Source: a virus
Lineage: Duplodnaviria > Caudoviricetes
Strand: one strand, 5' to 3'
Virus record (IMG/VR): IMGVR_UViG_3300029171_000008
Span: 1-55,213 of that record
DNA length: 55,213 nucleotides
Made by a program: the position numbers and the translations under genes. The notes under the pieces are model-generated. The model ran no database searches, was not told where the DNA came from, and saw only the letters and a program-made list of their open reading frames with translations. Shown piece after piece: positions 48,988-55,213 of this stretch; the stretch's first letter is position 1, and every line of letters starts with the position of its first letter.

Positions 48988-49065
48988 GATCAACAATCCT
49001 TGTGCAATCCCCACATACCCTACTTGAAATCGGGCAGGAGCGGGTTAGCTGCTGCCACAATCCGG

Positions 49066-49872
49066 CTAGAATTTGCGCATCACTGGGGGGCGGGTATAGG
49101 TTCGCACTTGACCTAGCGCATTACTCACCTCAATTAAGATTTGATTTCCGGGTGTGGGTAAGTTGAGGGTGTGGGTAAACGCACCATTGGGGGCTGCAAT
49201 GGTTTGTCCCCCAATGGTGATGGTGTTGAGCGGATTAATGGTGCCGCTCAAGGTTGCCCCCCAAGGGTGCCGCGTGATGGTGAGATTTTTGAGGGTGAGT
49301 TGGGTATCTATTGGTATGGGCTGACCTGGGGGTTTTCCTGACTCAATTAAGTTGCCATAATTTGCACCGACTGTGACGGATTGCCCTTCGCTCAAAGTTT
49401 GCACTGAACCGGATGTGACCAATAAGCGCGAGGTTTTGTCTTCACCATCAGTGATGGTGGCATTAGTGCCTGAGAAGGTGTAGCTACCGCCTGAATTAAA
49501 ACTAACCACCTGCAACAGGGTACGGCGGCAGGTGGGAGGGCGCGGGGTGAGGCGTAGGGTACCCACATAGCTAATTAGATTGCGGCTACAACCACTCTCA
49601 CGGCGCAGGAGGGTAAATTCAACGACTCCCTTTACTTGGGCCACGAATAATCCAAAATCGCCAATAAACTGCACCCATTCGGTTGCCGTGAGCCGATCCG
49701 ACTCATATAACCGTGCCCCTTTACCCACCGTATAGGTCGAATTACCACGGCGGAGAACGGCTGAACCACTCAACAATTGATAATTTTGGGCATGAGCCTG
49801 GAAGCTATATAGAAAAGGAAGCTGAAGCAACAAGGCTGCAATTGAGATAGGAATAATGGTTTTGCGTAGCAA
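49066..49872 (-). CDS. Secreted FecR-domain-like protein
   Basis: Signal peptide ending AHA; GARLYESDRL, SGTNA, VTSGSV, YGNLIESGKPP. Confidence 0.6.
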   Translation of the reverse strand: MLRKTIIPISIAALLLQLPFLYSFQAHAQNYQLLSGSAVLRRGNSTYTVGKGARLYESDRLTATEWVQFIGDFGLFVAQVKGVVEFTLLRRESGCSRNLISYVGTLRLTPRPPTCRRTLLQVVSFNSGGSYTFSGTNATITDGEDKTSRLLVTSGSVQTLSEGQSVTVGANYGNLIESGKPPGQPIPIDTQLTLKNLTITRHPWGATLSGTINPLNTITIGGQTIAAPNGAFTHTLNLPTPGNQILIEVSNALGQVRTYTRPPVMRKF

Positions 49873-49882
49873 CTTGGAACTC

Positions 49883-51226
49883 CTAAGGTGTAAGGGGGGG
49901 GATAATTCCTTCAGGGGTTTGCTCTAGGTCGCTTTCGCGCTGCACCCAATCAATCACGCTCTGGTAATCGGGGAATTGAGCAAGATATTGTGCCGCCTCC
50001 TCTGGTGTGAGAATTGAGCCACTCGCTGCCCCCACCAATGCGCGTAACCCTGTGGCTTGTTTATTGGCTACATCTGCTTTTTGCTGGTCATCGAGTTCGT
50101 AGAGTGAGGGGAACGATAGCTCCCCATCTTCTGGATTACTGCCATCCCTCAAGTGGCAATAGCGCAGGTATTTAAGGAGTGGTCGCCTTAACTCAGATTC
50201 CTGGGCTGCATGGACAAACCCTGACTTCCATTTGTCTTGATAACTGCCTGAAGTTTGGCCGCTAGGGCTTTCACCAAACATATCGGTGTGCATCATATTG
50301 GCAGCACCGCCAAATAAGAGCTTGAAATGTTTGAGTAGATCAGGTACACCGTTGTAGTTATGTTCCACTACGCTATAGTCTGCGTCGTCGGCATCAATGG
50401 CCATTATGCCAAGACAATTCAAAGCAAAAGCCATGCCGTTGATATAGGCATCTAGGTCATTCTTATTGGTACAGAGCTGGCGAAACCCTTTAATTTTGAG
50501 AATGCGCTGGCTGGATTTGTGCAAGTTTTGGGCAATCATTCCCCCCCCTTTGACAAAATCTTTCCACGTCCCATAGCAGCGATCGATTAAGGAGGTACCT
50601 AACTGTTGGGAGTTGTTGAGATTTGAATAGGGGGTGAGGGACTTAACGCCATAAAACAACAACAGCCGCGAATGGTGTACCGATTTACCTGCCACAGTAA
50701 ACAACAACGGCTGACCGTAGTTTGGAGCAAACGGATTATCTTGCCACTGGCTGACCGATATTTCACCCCCCTCTCCCCCGCGAAAGACTGAGAATCCATC
50801 CAGCGACCTAATAGAGCGCTCATTGACGGGTTGTGAGGGGTCTTGAGCGTCATCAACACAGAGCATCAGTGCTGACCATCCATGAATCCGTCCAACCTTG
50901 AGTGCATCGCGCAACGGCTCTTGAATTAAGTCAAGCTCTAGGCCATAGGGACACAATTCATCGCCGTCCTCTTGCTCACTTTTGACCACATATTTAACCC
51001 ACTTCTGACACATGGCATCGGGAAGCCAGTCAATAAGCTGGCCCATCCATGGATCTGTTTCATAGAGCTCTTGGCGACGCTGAGCGGTAAGCGCTTGATG
51101 CCGATTTGATAGCGCTGATAACTGAGGATCGCTCTGATTGAGCCGCGATAACGCCTTGCCTATGTGCAATAGGGTGGCGTTATCTAAATAAGCATTTAAT
51201 TCGGGGACTGACCCATTTACAGGCAT
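49883..51226 (-). CDS. Portal protein (DUF1073 family)
   Basis: LYETDP...IDWLPD, RIHGWSAL, P..PNYGQP, HHSRLL, MFGESPSG. Confidence 0.85.
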   Translation of the reverse strand: MPVNGSVPELNAYLDNATLLHIGKALSRLNQSDPQLSALSNRHQALTAQRRQELYETDPWMGQLIDWLPDAMCQKWVKYVVKSEQEDGDELCPYGLELDLIQEPLRDALKVGRIHGWSALMLCVDDAQDPSQPVNERSIRSLDGFSVFRGGEGGEISVSQWQDNPFAPNYGQPLLFTVAGKSVHHSRLLLFYGVKSLTPYSNLNNSQQLGTSLIDRCYGTWKDFVKGGGMIAQNLHKSSQRILKIKGFRQLCTNKNDLDAYINGMAFALNCLGIMAIDADDADYSVVEHNYNGVPDLLKHFKLLFGGAANMMHTDMFGESPSGQTSGSYQDKWKSGFVHAAQESELRRPLLKYLRYCHLRDGSNPEDGELSFPSLYELDDQQKADVANKQATGLRALVGAASGSILTPEEAAQYLAQFPDYQSVIDWVQRESDLEQTPEGIIPPLTP

Positions 51227-51242
51227 TGTTTTTTAATACAAT
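51225..51242. promoter_or_regulatory. Palindromic box, copy 11
   Basis: ATTGTTttttaaTACAAT overlapping the portal ATG. Confidence 0.7.
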
Positions 51243-51270
51243 GTAGAATTTTGACAGACAGCCTTTTCTG

Positions 51271-51302
51271 GACACTTCCTCTTTTAAAAATGAGGAAGTG
51301 TC
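51271..51302 (-). terminator. Hairpin after the 51301-52134 stop codon
   Basis: GACACTTCCTC-N10-GAGGAAGTGTC; no clear U-tract. Confidence 0.45.
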
Positions 51303-52134
51303 ATTCCCCTAAGTACAAATTGCGTTGTCCTTCTCCCCACATTCGCGCCAGTAAAGGCAAGTATTCAGCTTTCACTTCGGTGTATTCCTGCACTACAGCG
51401 CTCAGTCGGACAGCATCTGAAGGCAACTGAGCCAGCAAGGTATCCAGCATTTTGCAATCAGCTTGCTTCCCGCGTGTGATACCGAGGCGTTTGCACACTT
51501 CGGTACGCGAGAGCGTTGAACCATCACGAATAACTTTGTCCCCTTGAATGATCCGATCTCGATACTCGATCGTTTTCACCTCGGTGTAACCCAATATTTT
51601 TTGCTGGATAGCTTCTGGCAGCGCTGTGACAATATAGTGGCGCGTATCTAGTAGCTTTTGGTCAGCCTGTGAACGCTCCAGCTTTGCACGCTCCAGTTCT
51701 GTCTCAAGCACAATTGACTGAAGATGTTGATCAACCTGCGCTTTAAGCTGTTGTGGCGCAAGCTCAAGCATGACAGCTAGCTTGAATCCAGCCGCCGCCA
51801 GCCTCTTCAATACCTGCATTGCCATTCTTCGAGTATCTGATTTTGTTTTTGACAGGCTGATCACTTCAAGCAGTTCCGCTAGAGCCGCTTCTGCAACTAA
51901 CTGAACGGTTCTTATGCCTTGCTCTGTAACAATTTCAGCCTCCAATGTGGCAATAGCCTGAACGCCTTGCAAAGCATTGTGGACTGTCGAGGGATTGCAC
52001 TCTAGCAGCCTTGCAATCCCTCTAACGTGCAGTCCCGCAATTCCCAATTCCTCAACCCAGAACATTACAATGCCATCTTTTTCTTTCGCAATTGCTCTGG
52101 GCCTGTTGCTATTCGGTGCAATATTGTTGGCCAT
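51301..52134 (-). CDS. Antirepressor-like DNA-binding protein
   Basis: VRGIARLLECNPSTV HTH; EAEIVTEQGIRTVQLV; coiled coil. Confidence 0.55.
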   Translation of the reverse strand: MANNIAPNSNRPRAIAKEKDGIVMFWVEELGIAGLHVRGIARLLECNPSTVHNALQGVQAIATLEAEIVTEQGIRTVQLVAEAALAELLEVISLSKTKSDTRRMAMQVLKRLAAAGFKLAVMLELAPQQLKAQVDQHLQSIVLETELERAKLERSQADQKLLDTRHYIVTALPEAIQQKILGYTEVKTIEYRDRIIQGDKVIRDGSTLSRTEVCKRLGITRGKQADCKMLDTLLAQLPSDAVRLSAVVQEYTEVKAEYLPLLARMWGEGQRNLYLGE

Positions 52135-52169
52135 GGAAAACCTCTACGGGGATTTTGGGGCGGCAAACC

Positions 52170-52187
52170 ATTGTATTGTAATACAAC
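52170..52187. promoter_or_regulatory. Palindromic box, copy 12 (divergent junction)
   Basis: ATTGTAttgtaaTACAAC. Confidence 0.8.
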
Positions 52188-52211
52188 AGGCAATGACGGG
52201 GAGAGCGGGTT

Positions 52212-52595
52212 GTGATAGACGAGCAATTCAGTGAGTGGATTCTGAACATCTTCGAGGCGCAGCGCGAACCGTTTACCCTGCTGGCAATTTATAAGTACGT
52301 CTACCAATTGGAGAACGACATCATGGCTCAAGTTGAAGAATTACAGGCTCAAATTGAGACGCTGCGTAGCGCCATTGAGCAAGAGAAGGGAGAGGTTGGG
52401 GCGAAGGTTGATGCATTAAGTGCAAAGGTCGCTGAACTTGAAGCGGCAGCGGGACAAGGAATTGACCTAAGTGCTGCTATTGCTGGCGTAGTGGCAGCGA
52501 CCAACGATGTCAAAAATATTGTCAGTGAGCCTGTTGTCGCTGAGGAGCCGCTGCCCTCAGACATGACAGATACGCTTAGCGCTCCCCCAATCTGA
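52212..52595 (+). CDS. Coiled-coil hypothetical protein
   Basis: MAQVEELQAQIETLRSAIE heptads; start is 52212 or 52323. Confidence 0.6.
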   Translation: MIDEQFSEWILNIFEAQREPFTLLAIYKYVYQLENDIMAQVEELQAQIETLRSAIEQEKGEVGAKVDALSAKVAELEAAAGQGIDLSAAIAGVVAATNDVKNIVSEPVVAEEPLPSDMTDTLSAPPI

Positions 52596-52605
52596 TTCCT
52601 TACAC

Positions 52606-52858
52606 CTAAAAAGTTCGGGAGCTTGGTAGCCCCGTGACTTCAGTCCGGGGCGGAGGGTGAAGCGCGGTTTGTACCGTACTGCTCAAAATTGGTATATCAA
52701 TGCAGACGCTAATGGCGCTGCAAATTGTATTGCAAAAGTAGCGGCAACATTGGGGATTGACCTCAGTGGAGTCAGTAGGGGCAGTTTGCTCATGCCTTTG
52801 AGAGTCCGATTTTGGGCTGCTCAAGAATCCCCGCGTCTTTAGACGCGGGGAGTGTCAA
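52606..52858 (+). mobile_element. Non-autonomous IS200/IS605 mini-element (left end + tnpB 3' end + right end)
   Basis: Left hairpin CCCCGTGACTTCAGTCCGGGG; tnpB remnant RGLYRT...INADANGAAN; right end GAAT-CCCCGCGTCTTTAGACGCGGGG-AGTG-TCAA. Confidence 0.88.
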
Positions 52859-52862
52859 ATAG

Positions 52863-53693
52863 CTAACATTCAACGCGTAAAGTGTCAATTCGCTGCCTCC
52901 ATGGGTGCGCCAAAATCACAGAATAAATATCCTCAACATATTCTTTGCTCCCTGATAGCATATTTTTTATATACTTTTCCTGGTAATTTTTAGAATTCAC
53001 CGTACAAATTTCTGTAATTAAAACGATTATTAAATCACAAAAAAGTGTTAGACTACAGTTTTCCAAGAAAAACATTGCCTCATCACAAATTTTAACTTGA
53101 AAATGCAAATCTATGTTTGCAAGTTCTTTTTGAAGCTTTGTGCTTTTTGCTATTTTTGTCGCCTCTTTATTTATTTTGGATAATACATTAAATTTATCAA
53201 AAGTTTTGTACTCCTTACATAATAATCTAAAATAATTTAGTCCGCTTTTTGCCAATGATCTATAGCTTTTTAGGTCTGACTCAGAAAGCTTCTTTTTAAT
53301 TGTTTTAATGTTTAGAATATTGCCGTTTTCATCTAACCATCCTACCGTAAGTAAATCAACAAAGTGTCTATAAAAAAGCAAAAGCCTTTGTTGCCTATTT
53401 GCTGAATCAATTCTTTCAATTTCCTGACGACCAGCTTTTGTTATAGATCTTGCTTCGCATAGCCTTCCTTGCTCAGAATGAATTTTGAAATGAGAAAAGT
53501 GTGCATTTCTAATAATTTCTTTTTGTTTTGAGTTGATGTATTGCGACCCAGTGCAAAAAAACACAGGCAAGCGACAAAAAGGACATACAAGTCCCAATTC
53601 TTTATAAGAATCATGGTCACAAAGATCAGGGGTAACAATTTCACCAGCTAAATACATAGAAATACATTGTTTCATTTTTTGTTTATTACACAA
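52863..53693 (-). CDS. AT-rich hypothetical protein with CoiA-like Zn-finger N-terminus
   Basis: LVCPFCRLPVF...HFSH...C; visibly more AT-rich than its flanks. Confidence 0.6.
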   Translation of the reverse strand: MCNKQKMKQCISMYLAGEIVTPDLCDHDSYKELGLVCPFCRLPVFFCTGSQYINSKQKEIIRNAHFSHFKIHSEQGRLCEARSITKAGRQEIERIDSANRQQRLLLFYRHFVDLLTVGWLDENGNILNIKTIKKKLSESDLKSYRSLAKSGLNYFRLLCKEYKTFDKFNVLSKINKEATKIAKSTKLQKELANIDLHFQVKICDEAMFFLENCSLTLFCDLIIVLITEICTVNSKNYQEKYIKNMLSGSKEYVEDIYSVILAHPWRQRIDTLRVEC

Positions 53694-53903
53694 TCAAGGA
53701 ATTGAGATTCAAGATTTTCAAGGAATAGATTAAAGCCTATGCCAACGGTGATTATTAGCGGCTTCCAGTGTCTTCCCCCTTGCCGATTAGAAAAGTAAAA
53801 AGTTATTTCGGCTGGAGAAGACTGATCTTTAGGAATATGAAGTGAATGTCTATCGTTACAAAAACATGATCATTATAAAGTTTTAGCCTGTGCTTAACTT
53901 CAA

Positions 53904-53936
53904 GTTCAAGATTGTTCAAGATTGTTCATTATTGTT
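53904..53936 (+). repeat. Three tandem 10-bp repeats GTTCAAGATT
   Basis: Two perfect copies and one degenerate copy just after the terL stop. Confidence 0.6.
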
Positions 53937-55196
53937 TACTCTTGCATCCTATACACTTCAAGCCATGAGCTAACCACATTCTCACGAAACCATTTGAGCG
54001 CTTGGCTCATCATATCGACCTGGTCTTTGGTCTTGCTATTGGGAAACTGCTTCACCTCTACCTCAAAATCAAATAGCCAGGGAGCAGATTCGGGTAACCA
54101 CACCTGTCGCCCCATGATAGCTGAGCTTTCAATACTCATCCGCGTCACTTTATCTAAATTGCCTGGATCAATTGCAATCACCGGAAACGGGAAATCGGCA
54201 TCCATTTGTAACTCTGGAATAAGGGCTTGGCCCGTGGATTTATCTTCAATAAGTACTGCATTGAGGGGCCGATTTTGCCGCGCCGCGAAGCTTTTTAGCG
54301 CCCTGCGTCCTTCTGGGTAGTTCATGTGCTCAAGTAGCACATCGACTAAGTAATAATTTTGCTGATATTGATACCAACAACCGAAACACCAGGGGCAGGC
54401 GAGGTCTGATTTGCTGGCGGCGGTATCACACGAAATTATTACCCGATCTGGAGTTTGAGGGGGAATAATAAAGCGGTTGAACCACTCTAGGGGCATCATG
54501 CCCCCTGCGAGAGCCACTGGGTTTTGCTGATGACGCGCACTGTATTGGTAAGGCGTCATCGTCTTTTTGATTTCAGCTAGCTCACGTTGCCCAATCCGGG
54601 CGGGGAACAATAGCTCTCCCTTGGCGCGGGTGACGAGGGTATTGCTGAGGGGAAACCGATGGCTCTCGTCAGTCTCCGCTACGGTAGGTAATACAAAAAC
54701 CCGGTAATATTCAAACAGCTCTTTGATGATGTACCCACTGGTATCTTCTGGATGGGTGCGCTGCTGAACCACCACAACCTTAGTCAGGCGTGAATCATCG
54801 CGCCGCCCCACCGAGTAGCTTTTGAATTTATTGAGCGTGGATTCACGCACCGTGTCAGACTCATCTTTTTCCGGATTATTTGGATCATCGCAGTTATGTA
54901 CTAAGACCCCTCCGGCAAAATAGTTGTGGTTTGCAGTTGCAATGTTGTATACCCTGCTGCACCAATCCCACTCAATTCTACGAATTTCTTTGAGCCTTAT
55001 TGCATCTATTATCAACAATCCATCCCACGAATCTATTGGGTTTGATTCCCTTTTTCTCGGGGATATATCCAAAAGAGTCTGGTCAGTTTTGATGATACCA
55101 TTCTCAATAAGCAAGGTATCATCAAGGGTCAGATTTCGGGCTTTTACGTAGCCGCGCTGAGTATAGACGGGGTGATCTGCGGTCAGGTGAAGGAAA
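53936..55196 (-). CDS. terL: Large terminase, 5'-truncated, containing an intein
   Basis: CDDP Walker B, VQQRTHPED, SCDTA, IEDKSTG, DQVDMMSQAL; frame open to the primer tag. Confidence 0.9.
54893..55196 (-). mobile_element. Intein (HINT), C-terminal part
   Basis: Block B LTADHPVY; block F/G VYNIATANHNYFAGGVLVHN|C. Confidence 0.9.
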
Positions 55197-55213
55197 GATC
55201 GTGACTGGGAAAC
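55197..55213 (-). other. Random-amplification primer tag; library artefact
   Basis: Reverse complement of positions 1-17. Confidence 0.93.

Noticed and set aside
49883-51226. Anti-CBASS Acb1 (a label sometimes given to DUF1073 proteins)
   Set aside because: No HxT/S 2H-phosphoesterase motifs recognised; size and position fit a portal
52657-52842. Functional TnpB gene
   Set aside because: Only ~60 C-terminal residues remain; RuvC-I/II and the N-terminal domains are missing

Overview
This window is most of a temperate, probably long-tailed cyanophage genome in its excised (non-integrated) form. Both ends carry the same 17-nt random-amplification primer (GTTTCCCAGTCACGATC), so the contig is a truncated library fragment. 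Left to right it contains: an ERF recombinase, HTH repressor, replication initiator with iterons and DnaB; a tyrosine integrase beside a tRNA-Arg(UCU)-type attP; a leftward head/tail operon (DUF2213, DUF2184 capsid, DUF4054, tail tube, frameshifting chaperone, ~3576-aa tape measure with enzyme domains); an accessory block (FkbM methyltransferase, glycosyltransferases, SNF2-helicase/DNA-methylase fusion, DHH phosphoesterase); a GTA-like tail-tip module; fibre genes; portal; and an intein-containing large terminase. Three non-gene signals stand out: (1) an 18-bp palindrome RTTGTA-N6-TACAAY found 12 times at transcription-unit boundaries; (2) five 38-nt hairpin elements with compensatory base changes, four of them inside unrelated genes; (3) a 253-bp IS605 mini-element keeping only its ends and the tnpB 3'/omega-RNA region. 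Family assignments come from recognising motifs by eye, not database searches.
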